The notes beneath the pieces are model-generated. The model was not told the origin of the DNA and ran no database searches. It saw only the letters and a program-made list of their open reading frames with translations. Below, piece by piece: positions 28,047 to 38,562 of a stretch of 64,000 bases of DNA. The first letter of the stretch is position 1, and every line of letters starts with the position of its first letter. Both the position numbers and the translations under genes were made by a program. Source of the stretch: a virus (Duplodnaviria; Caudoviricetes); IMG/VR virus record IMGVR_UViG_3300033072_000232, positions 1 through 64,000 of that record; one strand, 5' to 3'.

Positions 28047-28185
28047 TACGAATAGCTTTATAAAAGGCTACTGGTAGAAGATTACAAACCAAGATTATAC
28101 AAGGAGTAATTAACCTTGTTAAAACAGTATTCCCTTGTACTGCATCTTGGTTTACCTATTTATCAAGGAGACATTAGGGAGTTAT

Positions 28186-29031
28186 ATGAAACAAGATTAT
28201 TACGTTTATTTACATCGTAGGAATGATACTAACGAAGTGTTTTATGTAGGTAGTGGTAGAGACAACAGAGCTTATTCTAAACATAGTAGAAATAAGCAAT
28301 GGAAAGCAATCACAGATTCTGTTGAATATACTGTAAGTATTGTGATGAGTAACCTATCTAAAGAAGATGCAAGAGAAGCTGAAACTTTATTAATTGAAAT
28401 GTACGGTGATCAGGTTGTAAATGTGCATAAAGATAATACCGCACATGATCTAAATTCTTACTTTGATTTCTTGAATGATTTGTTTTATGTAAATCCTGAA
28501 AGTCAAACTGGTCTTAGTTATAAGATAAATAGATATAAGAATAAAGGCGCTTTATCTAAGAAAGCAGGCGATGTTGCTGGTAAAGTTGCCGTACTTCCAA
28601 ATGGCACATATAGAGGATATGATCTGAAGGTTACCTTTCCAGATGGTATTAAAAGAAACTTACAGGTACATAGAATAGTTTGGTTGTTATCTACAGGTTC
28701 AGTTTCTGGTGAATTGGTTATTGATCACATTGATGGAAATCCTTTAAATAACGCAATTGCTAACTTGAGAGAAGTTTCGCATCAACAGAACTCCAGAAAT
28801 AGAAAACCAAAGACAGACGGTATTCCGGGTGTGTATATTAAGCAAGGACTTCAATGGGTTGCTAGTTTACCTCATGAAGGTAAAACAAGAATCAGAGGAT
28901 TTTCTATCAGCAAGTATGGTAATGATGCTGCAAGAGAAATGGCAATTGAAGCTAGAAAAGAATTCCTCAATGAAATGAATAAAACAAGTGAGCCATTTTC
29001 GGATAGGCACACGTTATTAAAATTGGAATAA
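28186..29031 (+). CDS. Free-standing homing endonuclease: GIY-YIG-like plus HNH plus AP2-like
   Basis: YYVYLH..FYVGSGRDNRA..DAREAE; VHRIVW..IDHIDGNPLNNAIANL..QN; GGGAG SD before ATG 28186. Confidence 0.85.
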   Translation: MKQDYYVYLHRRNDTNEVFYVGSGRDNRAYSKHSRNKQWKAITDSVEYTVSIVMSNLSKEDAREAETLLIEMYGDQVVNVHKDNTAHDLNSYFDFLNDLFYVNPESQTGLSYKINRYKNKGALSKKAGDVAGKVAVLPNGTYRGYDLKVTFPDGIKRNLQVHRIVWLLSTGSVSGELVIDHIDGNPLNNAIANLREVSHQQNSRNRKPKTDGIPGVYIKQGLQWVASLPHEGKTRIRGFSISKYGNDAAREMAIEARKEFLNEMNKTSEPFSDRHTLLKLE

Positions 29032-29034
29032 ATT

Positions 29035-32000
29035 ATGGCATTAGAGTTAGATAAGCTGATCTTCAGCGTTTCAACAGAAGCACTTGATGATGCAATCTCC
29101 AAAATTGAAAAGTTAGGTACTGCTGTATCTGAACTTAATAAACCACTTGGAAATCTTGAGAAAGAAACTAAGAAAGTAACTAAAGCTCAAGCTGATCAGA
29201 ATAAGGTTCAAGAAGAATCTAATCAAGCGACTAAAGTAAGTACTACTGTACTTGAACGTCAGCAGAAGATTCTTGAATTCATGACTCAAGGTTTCTCCAA
29301 AGGTCAGTCAAGTGTGTTAGCTTATGCAACCGCCGCTGGTGCTGCTACGAGTGAAATTAAAGAATTAGGAAGTGTTCTACAGACACAGCGTAAGTTGATT
29401 GGGGGCGACCCCTTCGATAAATCTACCTCTGGTTTGATTGCTTTAACAACAAAGTTAGGTGAAGCAAAAGAAGCAAACAGGTTATATACCGCTGGTCTTG
29501 ATTTAACTAAAGCTCAGACTAGAGAACTAGCTAGAGATAAAGAACGCCTTATTGAGAAAATGAAAGTAGAGGGAGCATCCCTTACTGATATTAAGAATAA
29601 ACTGCGTGAACATAATGCAGAGTATATTGCAATTGCAAATGCGATCAATCGTCTTGATCAAGCAGAAGAAAAGAAGATTCAAACAGAGCGAACAGCTACT
29701 AAAGCAACTGATTTTCTTACTAGAGAAATGCAACGTGCAGAAAATGCTTTAGCAGGCTTGAACGAAGGTATGAACATTAGTTCGAGTAATCGTTTACTTC
29801 GCTTCAAAGAAGGATTGGTAGCTGCTGGTGTTGCATCTGATGAAGCTGCTAGACGTTATGAAGCGTATGCAAGAGTAATTGCACAATCTGATTCTTCTAA
29901 TAAAGCTAGGCAAAAGAACACACGCGAAGAAGAACTAAAGTATCTAGCAAGAGCTACTTCCGTTCAAATGGGTGACATTGGTGTTTCTCTTGCTGGTGGT
30001 CAGAATCCACTTACTGTATTCATCCAACAGGGCGACCAATTGAGGGCAGTATTAAACCAAGTAGGTGGTGATGCTAAAGAAATGGAAAAGGCTATGTCTC
30101 AAGCATTCCAACAAATCGTCGTTGGTTTTGTTGATGTAGCCAAAGCAATGGGTACTTTCGTTGTTGGTGCTTTCAAGTCTGCTGGTGCAAGCATTGTGGA
30201 TTTTGCAATGAATGTTACCGGTATGAATGCTGTAATGGAGTATTCAAAAAGATTGATTGCGTCTCAAGGTGAAGAATACTTTAAATATATTAACATACTA
30301 AATAAAACTGGTGCTGCATTTGCTGGGGTTATTGCTACAGGATTAGCTGCGAGTATTGCAGCATTTATTGCGCTTGGTATTGCACTAAAAGAAGTAATTC
30401 AAGAAGAATCCGCACTGACTAAATCTTTAGTAACTACAGGTGCTTCTCTTGGGTTATCTAAAGATGCAGCAGTGGCTTATGCTGAATCCTTAAACTCAAT
30501 GGGTGTAAGTACAACTAAGGGTATTGCTGTTATTACTGAAATGGCAAAGCAAGGTGGTTTCACTAAAGATGCTATTGTAGATATTACTAAGGCTGCTATT
30601 GATCTTGAGAAATATGCTGGTGTTTCTATTGAGAAAACAGTTGACTCATTTGCTAAATTTCAAGATAAACCCACTGAAGCCCTAAGTAAGGTAGCTATTC
30701 AGACTGGCCTAGTGTCTGAGAAATCCTTAGAACTTGTTCGCAGTTTAGAAGAACAAGGTAAGAAAGCTGAAGCTACAGCCGAAGCAGTTAGATTGTACGG
30801 TCAAGTAGTACAAGCTCAAGCTGATTTAGCTAAAATGAGTTTAGCTCCAATTGAGACTTTATGGCTTGATATTAAATCAGCTATTTCAGGTGCATTTGAA
30901 GCTCTAAAAAATGTTGCAAGATCAGAGGGTATGGTTACTGCATTTAGAACAGCATTTGAAGCTGTGGCTGTTACAGTATCTGAAGTATGGTTTACTCTAA
31001 AATCCGTAGGTAGAGAAATTGGTGGAATTGGTGCTCAATTAGCTGCTGTAATTCGTGGTGATTTTGATGCTGTATCTGCTATTCGTGCTGAAATGATTTC
31101 TGATGGTCAAAAGGCTAGACAAGAACAAGAAGCATATGTTAAGGCACTGTTAAATGGTGGTCAAGCTGCTAAATCTAATGCTGAAGGTCTAAAGCTAACC
31201 GCACAGCAGATGGAAAAAAATATCATTCAAGCTAAAGCATCTGCTGAATGGGAAAAAGTAGCTGGTGACTTACTTGACAAGAAAACAAAGCGTGAAGAAG
31301 GTGCTTTAAAGATTCGCAATGCTGGTATTGCTGCTGGTAAATCTGAACTTGAAATCCAGAAAGCTATTGCTGTTTGGAATGATAAGAATAAAGACCCTAA
31401 AGGTAAACAGCCGAAAGTAGATAAATCAGAAGCTAAGGCTATTGAGACATTATGGGAGAGTATTACCGACAGTGTAAATAAAGCTAACATTGCATATGAT
31501 GAAGTAGTAAATGGCGCGGATAAATATTCAGCTTCTCAAAAGAAGATGATGGATATTGTCAACAACAAAGCATTCCTTGCTATGCCAGAAGAACTTCAGA
31601 AAGAAGCTCTTGCTAGACTAGCCGCCGCACATGCTACTGAAGTCCAGACTGAAGCTGTTAAGAAGCAACGAGAAGAAGTAAGGAAAGCATGGGAAGCTTC
31701 TGTAAAAGCTCAAGGTGATATTGACAAAGCTAACTTTGATTTACTCCAAGTTCTTGATGATAAGAATCAATTACTTGATGAAGAAATCTATTCATTGATG
31801 GCTCAGAAAGCTATCTATGGTGATCTTACAAGTGATCAGAAGAAGATGATTGAGTATAAGAAGATTGAACTTGCTTATGCAAAAGAACTTCAGAAGATTG
31901 ATAATTCAAAAGCAGATTCAGCTACTAAAGATGAAGCTAGAGCTTTAGCTGAAGCAAATAAACTGAAAGCAAAACGACAAGTAGACCTTGCTGATGAATT

Positions 32001-34734
32001 GGAAAACTTCAAGTACTGGTCACAAAGCCTGTCTGATATTATCAGTACTTCATTATTTGAAGGTGGTAAAGCAGGTTCTAAGAAACTACGTGATCTAATC
32101 GTCAATGAACTAAAGAAACCTATTACCATGGTAATCAATGCTACGGTTAGTGGGTTTCTAAATAACATTGGAATTGGGGGTGGGGCAGGTGCTGGTGCTG
32201 GTGGCAACGCATTCAGCCAAATGGGTACGGGTAACTACCTGCCTGTATACAACCAGATCGCCACCAGCAGTGTGGGTCAGTCACTTGGCCTTAGCACCCC
32301 CGGCACCATTGACGTAATGGGTGACGGCGTGTATGGGTCGTCAGCCACCGTTACTGGCTTTGGCAAAAGTGTGGGCCAGTTTGCGCAGGCGGCTGGGGAG
32401 TTTTTGGGCTACGCCAACGCCCTCAACACCGCATTCAGCCGTAACGCCCAAGGCGGCAAGGACTATGGCAAAGCCATGGGGCAAGCTGTTGGTTTTTACT
32501 TTGGTGGCCCCATTGGTAGCATGGTGCTGGGTGAAATCGGCTCTGCCTTGGGGCTGGTCGATTACGGTGGCACCTACCACACAGGCGGCATTGGCAGCTA
32601 CAGCAAGGCGGGCGGCACAAAAACAGGTGCTGCTGCACTGGCCGGTGGCATGTCGTTCGGGTTGGAGGCCAAAGACTACAACGCCAACGGCGAAAAAGCC
32701 GCAGCAGGGTTTGCCAAAGGCATCGTCAGCGTGTTGGACAGCACCGCAACCACCTTTGGCAAAAAAGCGGGTTATGCGGTAAGCACTGCGTTCGCTGACG
32801 ACATAAGTCCCGATGGGAGTTGGGGGGCATTGTTCATCAAGTTGGGCGAAAGCACGCTTGTGGATTGGAAAGACGGCCAAGACAAATGGCCGGGTCGCGA
32901 GTTTGCAGATGGTGACGAAGGTCTGAAAGAGTATCAAGCCGCTGTTGCAAAAGACGTTCGTGACTACTTAATTACTCAGACTCCCGATTGGGCTGATGCT
33001 GCATTAAACGCATTAGGTGATGCCCCAACACTTGAACAACTTGCTGGCACAGTATCTGAAATCAATGCTGCAGCGACTGCTTTCGATACATTTGGAATGG
33101 TTGCTAAGAACTTTGCTTCAATTAGTGAAGAAGCAATGACAGCTTTAGTTAAAGCAATGGGTGGTGCTAAAGAAGCAGCAGCAGGTTTAGGTAGTTATTA
33201 CAGCTTATATTACACAGAAGATGAACGTAAAGATATTACTAGGCAGCAGACTACTGCAAAGATTTCTGCGTTAGGTGTTAAAGATGTTCCAACTACTCGT
33301 GCTGAATATCGTAATTTTATTGACAATATAGATTTGACTACAGATAGTGGTCGTCAACTGTACGCATCAATGATTTCTTTAGCACCTGCTTTTGCTTCAT
33401 ATACAGATGAAGTAATGAGTGCTTCTGACATGTACAAAGCAGCAATGGAGGGAATAAAGAAAGCAAAGGAAGAAGCTGAAAAGCAACAGAATGACGCTCT
33501 CAAAAACCTCGAAGGTGTGATTGCTAGAGAAAAACAACTATACCAAGCTCAATTAGATGCAGCCAGTAAATCAGCATCTGCTATGCAAAGCTTATTTGAT
33601 TTACTTAGTAATAATATTAATGAGCTACGTGGTAATGTAGAAAGTTCTGCTACTATGTCGGCTAAAGCAGCTAATGCTTTTATTGATAAGGCAGTTTCTG
33701 ATTATATTGCTACTGGTATTCTTCCCGATAGTACTAAACTGTCAGATGCAATTGATGCTTCTAGGAGTAATATTGATTCTGGTAATTATTCAACATCATT
33801 AGAATATGAACGTGCTCAACTTATTTTAGCTAATAAGTTAGATGTTTTAGCTATCGGTGCTGAAGATCAAATGACAGTAGCGCAACGTACTCTTGAAGCA
33901 GCTAAGTATCAAATAGAACAACTTGATGCTACCTTGGAATATTGGAAGCAGCAAGTATCCTTAGCTCAAGGTGGTATTGATGCTACGATGACAGTAACTG
34001 ATGCTGTAAATGCACTAACAGCCTTATTTGATAAAAGTAAGAATCCTACATCTGGTAAAACTACAGGTGGCGGCGCTGGAGGTGTAGGGTTTACTACAGG
34101 TGCTGGCGGTATTCCAGCTAATGCTAAACCTTTCAGCAAGGAAGATGTTTACGCAAGTATCATAGCTGAATTGAATACTAAAGGTGTCTACGCTGCTAAT
34201 TGGCACTGGGTTAATGGTATCGGTGGTGGTATGGCTGGTTATGACCGCATTACTGACCCCGGACTTATTGCTCAGTATGATGCTATCCGTGATTACGGCC
34301 AGCAATTATATGAAGGTGCTGGTGGTGGTGAATTGGGTGCATGGGCCGTGTATAACGCAGCAGTAATGAATGGTGTATCTAGCGATCAAGTAGCAACTTC
34401 ATTCGGAATGACACCTGAACAATTAGGTGGCTATTTGGATATGTATGGTATTCCTAGCTTCGATGTAGGTACAAATAGAATACCGCGAGATATGTTAGCA
34501 ATGGTTCACAAAGATGAGGCTATTGTCCCAGCAGCTTATAACCCTGCATTGGCTGGTAATCAAGACAATGTGCAATTGCGTGCTGAAAATGCAGCACTAC
34601 GTAGTACTATGGAAATTACCAATAGATTATTGGAACGAGTAGCTAAATCTAGTGAGAAAACGGAGAGAGCAATGACTAATGTAACAGAAGGAGGTACTGG
34701 TATGGTGTTATCAACCCCGGTACTAGCACTATGA
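29035..34734 (+). CDS. Tape measure protein
   Basis: 1899 aa Ala-rich helical; GQNPLTVFIQQGDQ near N-terminus, FDVGT...MVHKDEAIVPAAYN C-terminus. Confidence 0.92.
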   Translation: MALELDKLIFSVSTEALDDAISKIEKLGTAVSELNKPLGNLEKETKKVTKAQADQNKVQEESNQATKVSTTVLERQQKILEFMTQGFSKGQSSVLAYATAAGAATSEIKELGSVLQTQRKLIGGDPFDKSTSGLIALTTKLGEAKEANRLYTAGLDLTKAQTRELARDKERLIEKMKVEGASLTDIKNKLREHNAEYIAIANAINRLDQAEEKKIQTERTATKATDFLTREMQRAENALAGLNEGMNISSSNRLLRFKEGLVAAGVASDEAARRYEAYARVIAQSDSSNKARQKNTREEELKYLARATSVQMGDIGVSLAGGQNPLTVFIQQGDQLRAVLNQVGGDAKEMEKAMSQAFQQIVVGFVDVAKAMGTFVVGAFKSAGASIVDFAMNVTGMNAVMEYSKRLIASQGEEYFKYINILNKTGAAFAGVIATGLAASIAAFIALGIALKEVIQEESALTKSLVTTGASLGLSKDAAVAYAESLNSMGVSTTKGIAVITEMAKQGGFTKDAIVDITKAAIDLEKYAGVSIEKTVDSFAKFQDKPTEALSKVAIQTGLVSEKSLELVRSLEEQGKKAEATAEAVRLYGQVVQAQADLAKMSLAPIETLWLDIKSAISGAFEALKNVARSEGMVTAFRTAFEAVAVTVSEVWFTLKSVGREIGGIGAQLAAVIRGDFDAVSAIRAEMISDGQKARQEQEAYVKALLNGGQAAKSNAEGLKLTAQQMEKNIIQAKASAEWEKVAGDLLDKKTKREEGALKIRNAGIAAGKSELEIQKAIAVWNDKNKDPKGKQPKVDKSEAKAIETLWESITDSVNKANIAYDEVVNGADKYSASQKKMMDIVNNKAFLAMPEELQKEALARLAAAHATEVQTEAVKKQREEVRKAWEASVKAQGDIDKANFDLLQVLDDKNQLLDEEIYSLMAQKAIYGDLTSDQKKMIEYKKIELAYAKELQKIDNSKADSATKDEARALAEANKLKAKRQVDLADELENFKYWSQSLSDIISTSLFEGGKAGSKKLRDLIVNELKKPITMVINATVSGFLNNIGIGGGAGAGAGGNAFSQMGTGNYLPVYNQIATSSVGQSLGLSTPGTIDVMGDGVYGSSATVTGFGKSVGQFAQAAGEFLGYANALNTAFSRNAQGGKDYGKAMGQAVGFYFGGPIGSMVLGEIGSALGLVDYGGTYHTGGIGSYSKAGGTKTGAAALAGGMSFGLEAKDYNANGEKAAAGFAKGIVSVLDSTATTFGKKAGYAVSTAFADDISPDGSWGALFIKLGESTLVDWKDGQDKWPGREFADGDEGLKEYQAAVAKDVRDYLITQTPDWADAALNALGDAPTLEQLAGTVSEINAAATAFDTFGMVAKNFASISEEAMTALVKAMGGAKEAAAGLGSYYSLYYTEDERKDITRQQTTAKISALGVKDVPTTRAEYRNFIDNIDLTTDSGRQLYASMISLAPAFASYTDEVMSASDMYKAAMEGIKKAKEEAEKQQNDALKNLEGVIAREKQLYQAQLDAASKSASAMQSLFDLLSNNINELRGNVESSATMSAKAANAFIDKAVSDYIATGILPDSTKLSDAIDASRSNIDSGNYSTSLEYERAQLILANKLDVLAIGAEDQMTVAQRTLEAAKYQIEQLDATLEYWKQQVSLAQGGIDATMTVTDAVNALTALFDKSKNPTSGKTTGGGAGGVGFTTGAGGIPANAKPFSKEDVYASIIAELNTKGVYAANWHWVNGIGGGMAGYDRITDPGLIAQYDAIRDYGQQLYEGAGGGELGAWAVYNAAVMNGVSSDQVATSFGMTPEQLGGYLDMYGIPSFDVGTNRIPRDMLAMVHKDEAIVPAAYNPALAGNQDNVQLRAENAALRSTMEITNRLLERVAKSSEKTERAMTNVTEGGTGMVLSTPVLAL

Positions 34735-35945
34735 GTGCTATGACCATAGATCAACTTCCTACATATGGGGGTGTTCTTGATGCTGACGTGTATACGTTAG
34801 TACGTGCTGGTGGCGCTACCTATAAAGTACCATCTGATAGCTTTGGAGGTTCCAGCCCGTCAGGGGCTGGAGTTCCTACTGGTGGAACCACTGGACAAGT
34901 GTTAGTAAAAACTAGTGATGTAGATTATGAAACTGATTGGACAAGTCTTGATAAGAATAGTGTCGGATTAGGTAATGTAGATAATACTAGCAATGCAACA
35001 GAACGTGCTGCAACAGCTACACTAACCAATAAGACACTGACAAGCCCTGCTATCAATGGGGCTGGAGTAAGTTTCACTGGAACTGCCCAGCGCATCACTG
35101 GTGACTTTAGCAACGCGACGATTGCCAATCGGCTGATGTTTCAGAGCAGTACGACGAATGGGGTGACAGGTGTGTATGCCATACCTAACGGCACAGCTCA
35201 GATTTCAGGGTTCTTGGTTTCAAGCAGTAGTGATGCTGGAAACGCCTCAATTGGGTCAATTACGCAGTTTCCAACGGACCTGAGAATCAGCAACACCAAT
35301 ACTGGGTCTGGTCCCGTTTTGCCGATGACGTTCTACACGGGCGGCTCTGAGCGCATGCGTATCGACACCAACGGCAATGTGGGCATTGGGGTTGCGTCAC
35401 CAAGCACATACGATGGTCGTTTGGCTGTTTTGGGCAACATGTCAATGGTCAACCCCGGCAGCAAGCTGCACCTGTACTACGTCAGTTCTACAAACCGTGC
35501 GTGGATTGGGTCGGAAGCTGGCGGAGAGATTACGCTGGGCACTGGAACAGGTGCCCCAACTGAGCGCGTGCGTATCGACTCGGGCGGCACAACCACATTC
35601 GTCTCAGCCGCATTCGGCTACGGCGCAGGGGCGGGTGGGACGGTGACGCAGGTCACAAGCAAAAGCACAAGCGTGACGCTGAACAAACCATCGGGGCAGA
35701 TCACGATGCACAACGCATCGCTGGCTGCTGGTGCGAGTGTCACGTTTGGCCTGACCAATTCGTTCATTGCCCAAAACGACATATTGTCGCTTCAGCTACG
35801 TGCCGACTTTTCAATTACGAACTACGAACTGAAAGCCAGTGTGGGCACTGGAGCGGCCAACATTGCTTTGAAAAACATCTCGGGCGGTAGTTTGTCGGAG
35901 GCCGTTGTATTCAGTTTCTCCGTCATCAAAGGGGCCACAGCATGA
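34731..35945 (+). CDS. Tail fibre/adhesin
   Basis: GGTTGQVLVK, GLGNVDNT, ERMRID.NGNVGIG fibre repeats. Confidence 0.75.
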   Translation: MSAMTIDQLPTYGGVLDADVYTLVRAGGATYKVPSDSFGGSSPSGAGVPTGGTTGQVLVKTSDVDYETDWTSLDKNSVGLGNVDNTSNATERAATATLTNKTLTSPAINGAGVSFTGTAQRITGDFSNATIANRLMFQSSTTNGVTGVYAIPNGTAQISGFLVSSSSDAGNASIGSITQFPTDLRISNTNTGSGPVLPMTFYTGGSERMRIDTNGNVGIGVASPSTYDGRLAVLGNMSMVNPGSKLHLYYVSSTNRAWIGSEAGGEITLGTGTGAPTERVRIDSGGTTTFVSAAFGYGAGAGGTVTQVTSKSTSVTLNKPSGQITMHNASLAAGASVTFGLTNSFIAQNDILSLQLRADFSITNYELKASVGTGAANIALKNISGGSLSEAVVFSFSVIKGATA

Positions 35946-36505
35946 ACACTTACACTCTGACATTTGATCCAACAGGATGGCTGGAAATCAATTATATTCA
36001 GATTACTCAGTTACCAGACATAATTGTACCTGAAGTTCAAGCAACAATGGATTCTGAAGGTAATGAACTAACAGGATATGTTCCTGAACACACAATTGCT
36101 GGTGAATTACAACAAGTAGTATTACAATGCACAAGCTACCATCCAACTCAACTCAATCTAATCCAAGATGATTGTGAAAAGCATGGAGTTTTGATTGAAG
36201 GTTTAGATGCTGAAGTAATTGCAAACTGGATAGCTGATTATGTACCAGAACCAGAACCAGAACCTATTGTAATACCTCAAGAAGTTACAGCACTTCAAGG
36301 ATTGCTAGCAATAGACTCTGCTGGGCTTTCTGATGTGTATGAGGAATGGGCTATTAGCCCAAATAGAACATTTGCTCAAAAAGCATTTATAAACAAAGCA
36401 CAGGTGTGGAGACGTTCTGATAGTACATTATTAGAAGCAGCTAATGCAATAGGATTGTCAAGTAATGATCTTGATAGAATGTTTATTATTGCTTCTGAGT
36501 TATGA
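35942..36505 (+). CDS. Tail fibre assembly-like protein
   Basis: C-terminal PQEVTALQG...W...A.AIGLSSNDLDRMFI.A. Confidence 0.6.
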   Translation: MNTYTLTFDPTGWLEINYIQITQLPDIIVPEVQATMDSEGNELTGYVPEHTIAGELQQVVLQCTSYHPTQLNLIQDDCEKHGVLIEGLDAEVIANWIADYVPEPEPEPIVIPQEVTALQGLLAIDSAGLSDVYEEWAISPNRTFAQKAFINKAQVWRRSDSTLLEAANAIGLSSNDLDRMFIIASEL

Positions 36506-36601
36506 ACATCATGATTTATTATAAGGTTATTATATGAATTTAAATAACATACAAGTTAATTATATGTTGTCATGTACTTCAACAAGAAGTCAGGTGATGA
36601 C

Positions 36602-37828
36602 ATGAAAGTAATCCCACCTATTGAAATCACACAGACTAACATTATCACTAGCACATTACTAGAACCTAGTTGGGCAACAACCGACTACGCAGGTTCGGGC
36701 GAATTTGGCCTTGATTACCCGCCCGTTGTGACTGTTGGCAACACCTCAACAGCCACGCTGTGGGACAAGACAGCGGCATACACAATCAACACGGTCGTTT
36801 ATGTTGACAGCCTGTGGCGCATGTATCAGTGCATGGTTGCTGTCTCCGCTGGCACTGACAACACAAGGCCTGACCGCGACACAACCGCATGGGCCGACGC
36901 TGGGCCGTATGAAGTCGTTTGGCAAAGCGCAACCGCCGTGCCTGTGCTCACGCGACGCATTCGCCGTGAAACGCACCGCACCTACATTTCGCTGCGGGCA
37001 ATCACAACCGGCGACACCACCCCGCCGGAGGATGCGCCAACAGTGTGGCAAGATATTGGGCCAACCAATGCATGGGCCATTTTTGACACATACCGCAACA
37101 CGCAGTGTGTGGTGCCGCGAGGTGACCAGCCTGTCAGCGGGCTTTATGCGCCTACGGAGACGCACGCGCCAGGCTGGACTCCGAACGCAATCATTGATTT
37201 GAAGATTCAACCCGGCAAGCGGGTCGATTCGTTGGCGCTTACTGGACTTGAAGCAAGTCAAATTACAGTAAGTATATTGGATAGTACACAAACATCTCTA
37301 TTAACACCAGTAATTGTCACAAGGTTACATAGCAGACCAACAGCAACATGGAGTGATTATTTCTTTGGTGTGTTTAGATCACAAAAATCTTATATTTTTA
37401 CAGACATTCCAATGTATTCCGATGCTGTAATTTCAATAAATCTTATCAATGAAGCTGGTCCAGTGCGATGCGGCTCATTGGTTCTTGGACGTGGTATTTA
37501 CATGGGCGATGTTCAGTATGGAGCTAGGTCTGGAGCTACTAACTTTTCTAAAGTAGAAAGAGATGAATATGGTAATTCTGCTTTAATTCAACGTAGATCA
37601 GTACCTAAATTCTCAGGTAGGATGATTGCTGCAAGCGCAAGCGCAGATGTAATCTTAGACTTGAGAGATGAACTTAACGCTGTACCAGCAGTATATGTTG
37701 GTCTTGAAAAATATCCAGAGCATTCTTATTATGAGTCTGCTGTCATCCTTGGGATTTATAAGCAACTTGAAGTTGATATGCAATACCCTGAACACATTTA
37801 CATAGATTTTGAAGTAGAGGAAATCTGA
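36602..37828 (+). CDS. Distal tail/baseplate hub-like protein with inserted CBM5/12-like repeats
   Basis: WDKTAAYTINTVV...YQC; GPTNAWAIFD; likely start ATG 36602. Confidence 0.55.
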   Translation: MKVIPPIEITQTNIITSTLLEPSWATTDYAGSGEFGLDYPPVVTVGNTSTATLWDKTAAYTINTVVYVDSLWRMYQCMVAVSAGTDNTRPDRDTTAWADAGPYEVVWQSATAVPVLTRRIRRETHRTYISLRAITTGDTTPPEDAPTVWQDIGPTNAWAIFDTYRNTQCVVPRGDQPVSGLYAPTETHAPGWTPNAIIDLKIQPGKRVDSLALTGLEASQITVSILDSTQTSLLTPVIVTRLHSRPTATWSDYFFGVFRSQKSYIFTDIPMYSDAVISINLINEAGPVRCGSLVLGRGIYMGDVQYGARSGATNFSKVERDEYGNSALIQRRSVPKFSGRMIAASASADVILDLRDELNAVPAVYVGLEKYPEHSYYESAVILGIYKQLEVDMQYPEHIYIDFEVEEI

Positions 37829-37830
37829 TT

Positions 37831-38544
37831 ATGCCAATTACTACAGTCCCGGCAGCACCATCGCTGCCAACCCCTCCAAGTACAACAAGCCCTGCTGATT
37901 TTGATATTAGGGCAGATACGTTTTTAAGTGCTTTAGCTGGTTCATATACAACCGATATGACTGCTATTGCTAATGCTACGTATAACAACGCAGTTTCTGC
38001 TTATGATAGTGCAAGTAACGCAGGTGCTGCTGAAGCTGCTGCTGCTGGTCATTCATCAGATGCTGCAGCATATGCAGCATTAGCGCAGTCTTTTTCTGGT
38101 GCTACACAATGGAACGCAGCAACTAACTATGCTACTGGTGATGTTGTGTGGAGTCCTACAGACGGTCAATTATATCGTAGACAAGCACCCGGTGGTGTTG
38201 ATGCAACTGATCCTGTTTCAGCACCTTCAAAATGGTATGCATTAAGCGCAAGATATACACCTCCGCTTACTTTAGTTAATACTAACACTACAATTGCAAC
38301 TGGTATTAGAATAGCTAAATATGTATTAACTGCTGATGGTATTACACTTACATTACCAGCTACACCGGGAACAAGTGATGTAATTTATGTTGTTGATCAA
38401 GGACCGGGAGTTACTAAAACTAGTGTTGTTGGTAGGAACGGTTCTAACATTGAAGGTTTAGCTGAGAATCTAACTATTGATGCAGCTAATGCTTCATTTT
38501 CACTTACTTACTCAGACGCTACTCGCGGTTGGGTTATTGGTTAA
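37831..38544 (+). CDS. Tail tip/fibre protein
   Basis: WNAATNYATGDVV CBM-like repeat; C-terminal TLTLPATP...RGWVI module. Confidence 0.6.
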   Translation: MPITTVPAAPSLPTPPSTTSPADFDIRADTFLSALAGSYTTDMTAIANATYNNAVSAYDSASNAGAAEAAAAGHSSDAAAYAALAQSFSGATQWNAATNYATGDVVWSPTDGQLYRRQAPGGVDATDPVSAPSKWYALSARYTPPLTLVNTNTTIATGIRIAKYVLTADGITLTLPATPGTSDVIYVVDQGPGVTKTSVVGRNGSNIEGLAENLTIDAANASFSLTYSDATRGWVIG

Positions 38545-38562
38545 TATTTAAAGGAGAAATTT

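Noticed and set aside
32321-32937. Overlapping long minus-strand ORFs within the tape measure gene
   Set aside because: Expected by-product of a high-GC patch (few stop codons)
36735-37291. Alternate-frame ORFs in the Dit-like gene
   Set aside because: Confined to the high-GC patch; no SD; low-information sequence
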